Shown: positions 35,080 to 43,158 of the stretch, one piece after another
Layout of the letters: each line of letters begins with the position of its first letter
Numbering within the stretch: position 1 is the first letter of the stretch
Notes under the pieces: generated by a model
The model's input: the letters and a program-made list of their open reading frames with translations, nothing else
What the model was told of the DNA's origin: nothing
Databases searched by the model: none
Assembly (NCBI GenBank): GCA_014727975.1
Contig: WJMK01000014.1
Span: forward strand, 2,558 to 66,557
Direction of reading: 5' to 3'
DNA: 64,000 nt
Source: Candidatus Micrarchaeota archaeon
GTDB lineage: Archaea; Micrarchaeota; Micrarchaeia; Anstonellales; Bilamarchaeaceae
Position numbers and translations under genes: made by a program

Positions 35080-35955
35080 ATGGGAATTGCAGACAGCCTC
35101 AAGCGGGGATTCAGACTCCTGTCCGAAGTGATAGATGAAGGAATGGTTTTCGGGAAAAAACACATTAAAGCTGTAATCGGATACCAGCTGGTATCAATGA
35201 TTGCCGCGCTTGCAGCAATGACAGTTGCAGGAATAGGCATATTTATCGCAATGGTGTTTGTTTTGCAGTATTCTGATATTGCAGCATTCCTGATAACCGC
35301 GGTATTGCTAATTGCGGGTCTGTTGGTGGGGGGCACCTACTCCATGGCGGCAAGCCTGGGGGCAATAGAGTTTATCTACAACGGGGGGAAGAAAGCAGGG
35401 TATTTTGAAGGGAAAAATGTGAATCTTGCATTCAGGTGGATCTCCTTCTGGCTTGTGGCTGCAATCAGCGTGGCTGCGCTTGCAATACTCATTGCGCTTG
35501 GGGCAGTGTACCTGGATACAACCGGGACGATAGGCATCATTCTTGCTGTGGCGGCCTACGCTGTATTTTTGCTTATTGCAATCCTGCTGGGGATAATGCT
35601 CTACTACTCAAACCAGGAAATTGCAATAAAAAGGCTCGGGCCGGTAGCTGCAATCAAATCCTCAATAAAGGTTTTCAGGAACAATTTCTGGGAAACGCTG
35701 GTTTTTGCTGTGCTTGTCGCAGTTGGGTCTGCTCTGGTGCAGATTCCAGTGGCCATTGTGGTAAGCGGGATTACCCAGTTGATAATGGTTGCTTCAGTTG
35801 CAACTGCGGTGCTGGCAATCCTGGGCATAATTGTAGCAATCATCGGGGTGGCAATACGGATTGCAGTTGCCCTGCTTGTGGAATCCGCAGCGCTTATCCT
35901 GAAGGTGAAATTCTACCAGAAAATAACCAGGGCTAAAAAGAAGACAAGCGCTTAA
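35080..35955 (+). CDS. Polytopic membrane protein, unknown function (291 aa)
   Basis: About 6 hydrophobic helices rich in Ala/Ile/Val/Gly and a short basic C-terminus. No motif recognised. Confidence 0.5.
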   Translation: MGIADSLKRGFRLLSEVIDEGMVFGKKHIKAVIGYQLVSMIAALAAMTVAGIGIFIAMVFVLQYSDIAAFLITAVLLIAGLLVGGTYSMAASLGAIEFIYNGGKKAGYFEGKNVNLAFRWISFWLVAAISVAALAILIALGAVYLDTTGTIGIILAVAAYAVFLLIAILLGIMLYYSNQEIAIKRLGPVAAIKSSIKVFRNNFWETLVFAVLVAVGSALVQIPVAIVVSGITQLIMVASVATAVLAILGIIVAIIGVAIRIAVALLVESAALILKVKFYQKITRAKKKTSA

Positions 35956-36877
35956 TCCTGTCTCCGATTGGCGGGTGTGTTGCGAACATTCCCGCAACCT
36001 TTTTTCCTATCGGGTCAGCAAAATACATTGGTGCGGTAGAATCCGTGGCAAGCTTCACAGGCTTGTAGTTGTCCCTTATTTTTATTAGTGCGTTCTTTAG
36101 CCCATCCGGGTAGCGGGTAAGCCGTACTGCGCTTGCATCCGCAAGGTATTCTCGCTGGCGGGAGATTGCAAAGCGCACCATCATTGCAACAATGGGGGCA
36201 AGGATTGCAAGAATGAGCCCCAGGACCATTATCAGGCCTGAGTCTCCGCCCCTCCTGTTTCCTCCCCGCACTCCTCCCCAGATAAAAGTGCGGAGGATTA
36301 TTTCTGAAAGGAATCCGACAAGGCCGACCATTACGATTGTGAGCATCATGAAGCGGATGTCATAGTTTGCAATGTGGGACATTTCATGGGCAACCACCCC
36401 CTCCAGCTCCTGCCGGTCAAGTTTTTCCAGCAGGCCACGGGTAACAACAATTGCAGAATGCTCAGGGTCCCTTCCTGTTGCAAAGGCGTTCAGGGCCCTG
36501 TCTTCAACTATGTAAACCTTTGGCTTGGGTATTTGCGCTGCGAGCGCAAGGCCCTCAACCAGGTGGAACAGGTAAGGGTGGTCGCTTTTTTTCAGGGGTT
36601 TGGCGCCGCTTAATGCAAGGACCACTTTTGAGCCCATGTAATATGAAAAGGCTGCATATACCAGGCCTATGAATAAACCGATGAAAAGGCCGTAATATCC
36701 GATTCCCCATATATGGCCCAGGGCAAGGCAGAGCACAAACACTATCATGCAAACCACTGCCATAAGCAGGAGGGAATTTCGCTTATTTGCATTGATTGCG
36801 TCAAAAAAGCTCTGCCCGGGCTCCCGGGGTATGTATTCCTGGGGCGGATGCTCCGGAGGGGCTGTTTCCTTGGCCAT
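35933..36877 (-). CDS. htpX: HtpX-type M48 zinc metalloprotease
   Basis: HEMSHI zinc motif, a downstream EYLAD glutamate and TM helices flanking the catalytic domain. 314 aa. Confidence 0.85.
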   Translation of the reverse strand: MAKETAPPEHPPQEYIPREPGQSFFDAINANKRNSLLLMAVVCMIVFVLCLALGHIWGIGYYGLFIGLFIGLVYAAFSYYMGSKVVLALSGAKPLKKSDHPYLFHLVEGLALAAQIPKPKVYIVEDRALNAFATGRDPEHSAIVVTRGLLEKLDRQELEGVVAHEMSHIANYDIRFMMLTIVMVGLVGFLSEIILRTFIWGGVRGGNRRGGDSGLIMVLGLILAILAPIVAMMVRFAISRQREYLADASAVRLTRYPDGLKNALIKIRDNYKPVKLATDSTAPMYFADPIGKKVAGMFATHPPIGDRIKRLSSF

Positions 36878-36887
36878 CTCAATTCAC

Positions 36888-37463
36888 TCAGAAATTAACT
36901 TCAGGAACTTTCTTTTCTTCCTCTTCAGTCTCAAAGTAATCCTGCTTTTTGTGGCCGAGCATGCCTGAGAATATCACGTAAGGAAGGACCTGCTGGGTAT
37001 TGTTGTAGTGGTAAACTGAATCATTGTATGCAGTCCTTGCATATGCAATCTTGTTTTCGATTCCGGAAAGCTCCTCCTGTAGCATCATGAAATTCTGGCT
37101 TGCCTTGAGGTCAGGGTAGTTCTCGGAAACTGCAAAGAGGGACTTGAGCGCATCGGTGAGCATATTGCTTGCCTTTGCCTTTCCTTCAACAGTCCCTGCA
37201 GCCATAACCTGTGCGCGTGCCTTGGTAACGTTCTCAAATACAGATTTCTCATGCTTTGCATAGCCCTTTACTGTTTCAACAAGGTTGGGCACAAGGTCGT
37301 TCCTTTTCTTCAGCTGCACATCAATCTGTGCCCAGGCATTCTCAACACGGTTCCTCAGGGTTACCAGGCGGTTGTAGACAAAATAAAGTATGCCTGCCAC
37401 CAGAATTGCGCCGCCAACAACTATTGCCCCGATACAAAGAGCTCCTCCAACTTCTAATGTCAT
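36888..37463 (-). CDS. lemA: LemA family protein
   Basis: N-terminal TM followed by [43 protein letters not shown]. It sits directly upstream of htpX, a common pairing. Confidence 0.85.
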   Translation of the reverse strand: MTLEVGGALCIGAIVVGGAILVAGILYFVYNRLVTLRNRVENAWAQIDVQLKKRNDLVPNLVETVKGYAKHEKSVFENVTKARAQVMAAGTVEGKAKASNMLTDALKSLFAVSENYPDLKASQNFMMLQEELSGIENKIAYARTAYNDSVYHYNNTQQVLPYVIFSGMLGHKKQDYFETEEEEKKVPEVNF

Positions 37464-37488
37464 GCATAAAAGATAGAAGTATGCGCTT

Positions 37489-37809
37489 TTAATCCTTATC
37501 TTTCTCCCGGAGAGACGAGAGGGTGCCGCTGGTTGATAGCGGGATTATTCTTGCAGGCTTTCCATTGAGCTCGCTTATGAGGGCAAGCATCCCGAGCACC
37601 TCTTCTGCAGAAGCGCGGTTCACCAGCAGGACGCCCTTGTTCCTGTTTAATTCAATAAGCCTGAGCATGCGGGAAGAAAGCCCGTATTCCCCAAAAAACT
37701 TAAGGGAAAATAAGTAAATGCCTTGGGAAAGCTCTTTCTCAGTTAAATCGCCTTTAAGGATGAAAGAGATGTATCTTTTCTTCATTCTCTGGGAGGGCTT
37801 GATGCTCAT
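37489..37809 (-). CDS. rnp2: RNase P protein component 2 (Pop5 homolog)
   Basis: [10 protein letters not shown]...[43 protein letters not shown]...STSGTLSSL matches the archaeal Pop5 pattern (KRYI-F, ...SGT...L). Start at the ATG at 37809. Confidence 0.8.
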   Translation of the reverse strand: MSIKPSQRMKKRYISFILKGDLTEKELSQGIYLFSLKFFGEYGLSSRMLRLIELNRNKGVLLVNRASAEEVLGMLALISELNGKPARIIPLSTSGTLSSLREKDKD

Positions 37810-37845
37810 GGGAAAATGATGGGGGGAGGGATTTAAGGCGGTGTC

Positions 37846-37861
37846 TGTAACCATGGTTACA
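37846..37861. promoter_or_regulatory. Perfect 16-bp palindrome TGTAACCATGGTTACA in the rnp2/purE divergent intergenic region
   Basis: Read directly from the sequence, 47 nt upstream of the purE ATG and 37 nt upstream of the rnp2 ATG. Confidence 0.4.
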
Positions 37862-37907
37862 AAAACCCCATAAAACAAATTTTAAACTTTCCATTCTTTA
37901 GAATAGC

Positions 37908-38348
37908 ATGGCAGAAAGAATACTGGTTATCTCCGGAAGCAAGAGCGATGAGAAGATTGTAAAGAAAATAACTGATGTGCTGGAAGAGTTTGAAGTGGAA
38001 TATAAGTACGAAGTTGCATCAGCGCACAGAACTCCTGAAAAGGTTGAGAAACTCGTAAAAAGCACTTTTGCAGATGCAATTATTGCTGTTGCCGGGCTTT
38101 CCGCGGCACTCCCTGGAGTCATTGCAGCACATACCCTCACCCCTGTAATCGGGGTCCCTGTCTCTGCAAAGCTTGAAGGGATGGATGCCCTGCTGAGCAT
38201 TGCACAGATGCCTCCTGGAATCCCGGTTGCTGCAGTGGGAATAGATAATGGGAAGAATGCTGCATTGCTTGCGCTGCAAATCCTTGCGCTGCAGGATAAA
38301 AAAATTGAAGAGAAGCTGGTCGCCTACCGGGAAAAAATGAAAGGATGA
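37908..38348 (+). CDS. purE: Phosphoribosylaminoimidazole carboxylase catalytic subunit / N5-CAIR mutase
   Basis: [43 protein letters not shown] and [12 protein letters not shown]. 146 aa. Confidence 0.9.
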   Translation: MAERILVISGSKSDEKIVKKITDVLEEFEVEYKYEVASAHRTPEKVEKLVKSTFADAIIAVAGLSAALPGVIAAHTLTPVIGVPVSAKLEGMDALLSIAQMPPGIPVAAVGIDNGKNAALLALQILALQDKKIEEKLVAYREKMKG

Positions 38349-38385
38349 TCTTGGGAAAGTTGAAAAACAAAAAAGGGAGGAAGGG

Positions 38386-39825
38386 CTAATCCTCCTCCAC
38401 TTCTGCAGGCCTTAGCTTGAAGCCGGCAATCCTCTGCGAAACTATATGCAGTTCCACATCATATGGCTGCCCTGCAATCTCAACCTGGTCCCCGTCCCTG
38501 AGTTCCTGGATGCCAGAGAATATGCTCAATGCAAGTTCCTGGTTCTCAGCACTTATGATAAGGGAGGGCTCCGGATGCCTAAGCACAAATTCCTTTATTG
38601 TGCTCCCAATCCAGACATATGCTTTCCTTTCTTCGGCAGAGATTACCTCCTCTGAGATATAGTCTGCCCCAGGGTATTCATATGAAAAGAGTGGGAAGCC
38701 TTCGAAAGTATTTTCGGTCCAGGTTACAGTCAGGCCCGCGCATGAAAGGGAGTCAAATGGCTCCTCAAGCACCCCATAGTCCGCATATTTCGAAAAGCGG
38801 ACATGGTGGGCTTCGCTGTCCTGGCCAATGTCAATAAAGTTCTGGGTTGTTGACCTCATCTCCATCTCATTCGGGTACTCGCCCGGAACAGTTGCAAATG
38901 CAGGGGAGATGTATGGGTCGAACTCAGTAAGCTCGAAAACAAAGTCTGAAACAGTGCCGGGGCATTCGTGGTCTTCCCCTGTTTGGATGTCAGGCAGGAA
39001 GCCATGCACGTGGCTTTGCACATAAACTCTCTGGATTATTGTTTCGCTGAACTCATATTCTTCTGGAGGTGAAAGCGAACCATTGTCCACATACTCGCAA
39101 TGCATAAACCCGTCTTCATTGTCTGTTATGAGATGGGCAATAAGGTCTCCACTCTCGAGCTGGTATACTCCGCAGAGAGTTATCTGCTGCTCAAGCCCTC
39201 CCATGCTGACAGTAAGAGAATGTGTGTCTGCAAGGTCGAACACAAAGTAGGAAGAAAGGTCTCCCTCTTCAACTACTTCCCCTTCAAAGTTTACATTCTC
39301 CCAGTTTTCATTAAGGAAAACGACTTCTGCGATTTGCTCGCTGAAGCTCATGTTTACGAGTTTCATCCAGTGGCCTACCGGCCCAAGGAGCTCTTTCTCA
39401 TCAAGGCCAAGGAGTGACTCGTGGTCTTTGCCTTCATAAACTCCGCACTCTGGCCCTTCGCTGGAACCCGTATCTGTGCCTGTATCAGTATCACTATCCG
39501 TATCTGTATCAACATCCGCTGATGCATCAGGGCCGGCATCCTGGCCTTTTGAGCCTTCGCATTCAGAGCATGCAACAACAAGCATCCCTACTCCTGCTGC
39601 AAGGAACATGGCTGTTGCGCCCCTCCCTGCTTTCTTTGCAAGCCTGCCGACAGCCCTGAGTGACCGCATGGCCCTGCCTTCTTCATGTGGCTCTTCAGAA
39701 ATATCTGCGCCAAGAGCCCTACCATGCCTCCCTGTGGACGACTTGGGAATTGCACGGCCTGCCTGGTGGCGGCCGTTTGGGGCGGGTTCTTCCATTCTAT
39801 TGACAATCTCTCTGCCTCTACTCAT
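38386..39825 (-). CDS. Membrane-anchored or secreted orphan protein with an Asp/Thr-rich linker
   Basis: The ATG at 39825 is preceded by GGTGAT and a TATA-like box about 45 nt upstream. A basic N-terminal segment is followed by the hydrophobic ATAMFLAAGVGMLVVAC, a DVDTDTDSDTDTGTDTG linker and an acidic globular region of about 350 aa with no recognised motif. Confidence 0.55.
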   Translation of the reverse strand: MSRGREIVNRMEEPAPNGRHQAGRAIPKSSTGRHGRALGADISEEPHEEGRAMRSLRAVGRLAKKAGRGATAMFLAAGVGMLVVACSECEGSKGQDAGPDASADVDTDTDSDTDTGTDTGSSEGPECGVYEGKDHESLLGLDEKELLGPVGHWMKLVNMSFSEQIAEVVFLNENWENVNFEGEVVEEGDLSSYFVFDLADTHSLTVSMGGLEQQITLCGVYQLESGDLIAHLITDNEDGFMHCEYVDNGSLSPPEEYEFSETIIQRVYVQSHVHGFLPDIQTGEDHECPGTVSDFVFELTEFDPYISPAFATVPGEYPNEMEMRSTTQNFIDIGQDSEAHHVRFSKYADYGVLEEPFDSLSCAGLTVTWTENTFEGFPLFSYEYPGADYISEEVISAEERKAYVWIGSTIKEFVLRHPEPSLIISAENQELALSIFSGIQELRDGDQVEIAGQPYDVELHIVSQRIAGFKLRPAEVEED

Positions 39826-39863
39826 TGAATCACCATAATTAGTAGTAATTTGTAGCAAGTAAA

Positions 39864-39878
39864 GTTTATAAATATAAG
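39864..39878. promoter_or_regulatory. Shared A/T box GTTTATAAATATAAG between divergent genes (38386-39825 minus, trmI plus)
   Basis: About 27 nt upstream of the trmI ATG (39898) and about 45 nt upstream of the minus-strand ATG (39825), which additionally has an SD. Confidence 0.35.
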
Positions 39879-39897
39879 TTAGTTTTGCAGGAATAAA

Positions 39898-40563
39898 ATG
39901 GGCGCAGAAAAACTACAAATACACAAAAAGTTTCAAAGCAATAAATTCTTTTCCATGCACAGTAGTGGCATGGCAAGGAAAAAAGGCCAGGGGGTTGATG
40001 TCAGGTTCCCGCAGCTGCTGAAAGGAATGAAAAGGGGGCCCGCGGTGATAATCCCCAAAGACATTGGGATGGTTATTTCTTACACCGGGATAGGAAAAAA
40101 AAGCAAAGTTGTTGAAGCTGGTGCGGGTTCGGGCTTTGCAACTATTGTGCTCGGCAACATTGCAAAAAGCGTTGTTTCCTATGAAAGGAATGCAGATTTC
40201 TGTGAGCTTGCAAAAAATAATGCTGCAAAGGCAGGGCTGAAGAATGTGAAGATAAAGAAAACAGATGTCCTGGAGAAGGGCATAAAGGAAAAAAACGTGG
40301 ACCTCGTGCTCCTGGACATGCCTGAATCCCAGAAGGCCGTAGGGGGGGCGCACAAGGCACTTGCAAAGGATGGATATCTGGTGGGGTTCCTCCCGAATAT
40401 GGAGCAGGCCAAGGAATTCTATTTTGCATCTGAGGCAGAAGGCTTCTCTGATATTTTCATGCTAGAAAGCATTGTGCGCGAATATGATGTGAGGGTTTAT
40501 GGGGTGCGGCCAAAGCACGTTGGGCTAACGCACACAGCATACCTTGTGTTTGCAAGGAAATAG
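39898..40563 (+). CDS. trmI: tRNA (adenine-N1)-methyltransferase, TrmI/GCD14 family
   Basis: RGPAVIIPKDIGMVISYTGI, SAM motif VVEAGAGSGFAT, and DLVLLDMPESQKAVGGAHKALAKDGYLVGFLPNMEQ. The exact start is uncertain; internal Met residues offer alternatives. Confidence 0.75.
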   Translation: MGAEKLQIHKKFQSNKFFSMHSSGMARKKGQGVDVRFPQLLKGMKRGPAVIIPKDIGMVISYTGIGKKSKVVEAGAGSGFATIVLGNIAKSVVSYERNADFCELAKNNAAKAGLKNVKIKKTDVLEKGIKEKNVDLVLLDMPESQKAVGGAHKALAKDGYLVGFLPNMEQAKEFYFASEAEGFSDIFMLESIVREYDVRVYGVRPKHVGLTHTAYLVFARK

Positions 40564-40619
40564 GGTTGGATTTCTGCACTCGAAAGCTATTTAAACATAC
40601 TCATACACAAATAATCACC

Positions 40620-41567
40620 ATGGATAAAGACACTCCAGTGGGAACCAGGGAAAGAACTTCGAGCATCCCGCCAAAAACCAATGTAATCCTCCTCCGCCCG
40701 GTGCGGAGTGCCCTGGGGGCACAAAGGATACGCCGCCCCCTTCCTATAGAAGGCGCAAAGCACCTGGGCCAAGTTGAACGAATAGAAGAGGGCCCGCTAA
40801 AAGAATACAAAAAACTTTCAATTGAACTGGAGAGGGCCCTTGATGAGATTATTTCCGGGAGTGAAAAACCAGTCAGGGCAAAGAAAAGGTCGGGCCCGCG
40901 GCCCAGTGCAATAGAGGGCGCAAGCGTGCCCCACACTGGAAAAGTCTCTATAAGAAAGGAGGAGATAATTTCAAAACTAAGGGCAGTGCGGGAGCGCTTC
41001 TGCATTGACTTGGAAGAAAGGAGGGCAACTACACTCATCAACAATATGGACAAGGGATGCCCCGCATCAATAAACCCGGGAGACCCGGATTTCTCAAAGC
41101 CCTCAGTAATGGAGGCAGTGCTTGTGGTTTTGCGGCAGGCAAGGGATTTTGCAAAGGAAATCTGGGAATCAGAAGAATACACCAGGGTAGATGAGAAGCT
41201 TGAACTGTACGATGGGCTCGTTTCCAGGATTATTGCAACTGAAGATGCCCTTTCAGAACAGGAGAGTCTTGCAAGGAAAAAGATTGTGCTCAAAGGAAGG
41301 CCTGGGGGGGCAAAAATAGGCAGGAAGGAACTAATGGAATTATTCAGAAGTACAATGCTTGGGGAGATAAAACAGAATGAAGAGGGAGAGGAGATGTACC
41401 ATACTCCTGAAACTTCAGATTATATGTGGAAGGCGGGGCAGGTGGATGAAGCAATTGAATTTGCAAGAGATGTCCTTGCAACACTGGAAACAGGGGCCAG
41501 AATGATTTATGCCAAGAGGAGGGAACCATTCAGTGTGGTTGGGGAAGATGAAAAGAACGGTGCTTAA
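40620..41567 (+). CDS. Hypothetical soluble protein (315 aa), charged and helical
   Basis: ORF 40566..41567, with the first ATG at 40620. The sense frame is Lys/Glu/Arg-rich, while the antisense ORF 40601..41293 is Ser/Leu-rich. No motif recognised. Confidence 0.5.
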   Translation: MDKDTPVGTRERTSSIPPKTNVILLRPVRSALGAQRIRRPLPIEGAKHLGQVERIEEGPLKEYKKLSIELERALDEIISGSEKPVRAKKRSGPRPSAIEGASVPHTGKVSIRKEEIISKLRAVRERFCIDLEERRATTLINNMDKGCPASINPGDPDFSKPSVMEAVLVVLRQARDFAKEIWESEEYTRVDEKLELYDGLVSRIIATEDALSEQESLARKKIVLKGRPGGAKIGRKELMELFRSTMLGEIKQNEEGEEMYHTPETSDYMWKAGQVDEAIEFARDVLATLETGARMIYAKRREPFSVVGEDEKNGA

Positions 41568-41604
41568 CTTTTAAGTATTTCGGCTCATTATTTTTCAACT
41601 TTTC

Positions 41605-41765
41605 GGGCTTATAGCTCAGTAGTAGAGCGCTCGCCTTGCAACAGGCTGTCCGGCCTACAACGTTGCTTCCCCGCGCACCCCCCCGTGCGCTCCCTCCAGC
41701 AACGTTGGCTAAAGGGCTGCCTGCGGGAACGCGAGAGGCCGGGGGTGCGAATCCCCCTAAGTCCA
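41605..41765 (+). tRNA. tRNA-Ala (TGC) with an 89-nt intron (41641-41729) at position 37/38
   Basis: Acceptor GGGCTTA/TAAGTCC with the G3:U70 Ala identity pair, D-arm GCTC/GAGC, anticodon stem CTCGC/GCGAG, anticodon TGC, T-arm GGGGG-TGCGAAT-CCCCC, discriminator A. The splice sites sit in a textbook bulge-helix-bulge motif (see findings). Confidence 0.85.
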
Positions 41766-41832
41766 TCGATTTTTTCCCTGGTTTTACCCGAAGCAAAAAT
41801 CGTCAAAAAACACGGTTTTACGTTGCCCCATG

Positions 41833-41958
41833 AAATTTTTCTCTGCTGTTTTTTGCTACTGTAAAAATTTTATAATCTGTGTAGCCTCCGGTTACATCTC
41901 TTGAGCAGAGCTCAAGAAAACATGGCTCCTGTTAACCTGGACTTTTTGTTTTCTGCTG
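41833..41958 (+). repeat. tRNA-downstream repeat module, copy 1 (short form)
   Basis: AAATTTTTCTCTGCTG...CTGTAAAAATTTTATAATCT...CTCTTGAGCAGAGCTCAAGAAAACATGGC...CTTTTTGTTTT. Its parts align with 42094-42269. Confidence 0.75.
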
Positions 41959-42019
41959 GGATTGGGTATATTTATAAATACAAATGAACGTTAACAATAC
42001 CAACCCCTTAGAGTAAAAC

Positions 42020-42094
42020 AGCGGGATAGGGGAGTCTGGAGTTCCCGCCGGGCTCATAACCCGGAGGTCGATGGTTCAAATCCATCTCCCGCTA
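42020..42094 (+). tRNA. Initiator-type tRNA-Met (CAT)
   Basis: Acceptor AGCGGGA/TCCCGCT with A1:U72, anticodon arm CCGGG-CTCATAA-CCCGG (three G:C pairs next to the loop), T-arm GATGG-TTCAAAT-CCATC, discriminator A. 75 nt. Confidence 0.85.
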
Positions 42095-42269
42095 AAATTT
42101 TTTTCTGCTGCTTTAACCTGCCGTAAAAATTTTATAATCTAATTGAGCTTCGCTTGCTTCTCACAGTGTGAATCAAAGCGGGCAAAGCCCGGCATAGCAC
42201 TTGCTTCACAATCTGGCTCTTGAGCAGAGCTCAAAAAACATGGCCCGTTTTAGCCTGGCCTTTTTGTTT
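42094..42269 (+). repeat. tRNA-downstream repeat module, copy 2 (long form carrying the about 76-nt hairpin element at 42141-42216; 42157-42234 is the inverted match of 483-560)
   Basis: Same flanks as copy 1. Between TTTATAATCT and CTCTTGAGCAGAGCTCAA there are 76 nt instead of 19 nt: AATTGAGCTTCGCTTGCTTCTCACAGTGTGAATCAAAGCGGGCAAAGCCCGGCATAGCACTTGCTTCACAATCTGG. Confidence 0.8.
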
Positions 42270-42623
42270 TTACTTCGAATCGCACTTGATCAGGGTGTGC
42301 TCATCAATCCTTCCATTTAACTCGCCTTTTTTGTTAAAGGCAAAAACAGAAACGTGGCACTTGTAGAGATGGGAGCGCACGTTGTGCTCAGTATATATCT
42401 TGATTGGCTTTGAGCAGGACTCCCTGCCCTCACAGATGCCTACCCTGAACCTGCCTGCGCGCACACTCCGGTTTGGCTTGAGGGAGAGCCCTGACTCAAG
42501 GGTTATTTCCGCTTCAAGCCAGCTTGGGTTTTCAGTGCTGGAATTCGCATCCACAATAAGGTCTATTGTTTTTCCGGGGTAAGCCGGGATTGATTCAGGA
42601 TAAGTGCTCAGGCTGATTCTCAT
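42270..42623 (-). CDS. Small hypothetical protein (about 117 aa), beta-rich
   Basis: ORF 42270..42653(-). I prefer the ATG at 42623 (MRISLSTYPE). No motif. Its 3' end abuts the repeat module. Confidence 0.45.
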   Translation of the reverse strand: MRISLSTYPESIPAYPGKTIDLIVDANSSTENPSWLEAEITLESGLSLKPNRSVRAGRFRVGICEGRESCSKPIKIYTEHNVRSHLYKCHVSVFAFNKKGELNGRIDEHTLIKCDSK

Positions 42624-42685
42624 GTTCCCACCACTAAAATATGGTGCAACCAAGGAATTTAATTGTTGTGGGTGAATAGGATTTG

Positions 42686-43126
42686 ATGATTCCGGAGGCA
42701 GAGCTAATCAAAAGGGAGCTTGTAGTGAGGAACATGGCACTTACAGATGATGTAAGGCTTACCCGCAAATCCCTTGTGCGCTGGATTGCGCTTTCCCTGG
42801 GGCTCATTTCCCCAAACGAGAGCCGCACTATTGTTATTGATGTGCTGGATGTGCTGCTCAAGGAGTTTGCACACGGGAAAAGGCCCACTACCAAAGAAAT
42901 CTACGAAAAAGTAAGCAAGAAAAGGAAGGACTCTGTTTCTGAGAAAACTGTTTACTACCACCTGCAGAGGATTGCAAACATGGGCCTTATCCAGCGGGAA
43001 AAAGGCCAGTACTTTATTTCCAAGGATAAAGAAGGGCTGAAGGAAGCGATACGGAAGGTCTATGAAAAAGAGTTTGATGAGGCCTTCGGAAACATAGGCA
43101 AGGCCCTGGATTCACTGGAAAAATAG
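42686..43126 (+). CDS. Winged-helix DNA-binding protein (ArsR/TrmB-like fold), putative regulator
   Basis: The N-terminal HTH-like segment LTRKSLVRWIALSLGLISPNESRTIVIDVLDVLL and the KTVYYHLQRIANMGLIQREKGQYFI wing are consistent with a winged-helix fold. GGGTGA lies about 10 nt upstream of the ATG at 42686. Confidence 0.55.
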   Translation: MIPEAELIKRELVVRNMALTDDVRLTRKSLVRWIALSLGLISPNESRTIVIDVLDVLLKEFAHGKRPTTKEIYEKVSKKRKDSVSEKTVYYHLQRIANMGLIQREKGQYFISKDKEGLKEAIRKVYEKEFDEAFGNIGKALDSLEK

Positions 43127-43158
43127 CATAATAAAGGTTTTCGGGCAAATGTTAAACC

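Noticed and set aside
39465-39520. The periodic GTATC/GTATCTG repeats.
   Set aside because: They encode the DVDTDTDSDTDTGTDTG linker of the 38386-39825 protein on the minus strand, so they are coding low-complexity sequence.
41530-41833. ORFs of 88, 65 and 65 aa running through tRNA-Ala and its intron, which might have indicated an intron-encoded protein.
   Set aside because: They span exon sequence, occur on both strands and are products of the GC-rich palindromic intron. The 89-nt intron cannot encode a homing endonuclease.
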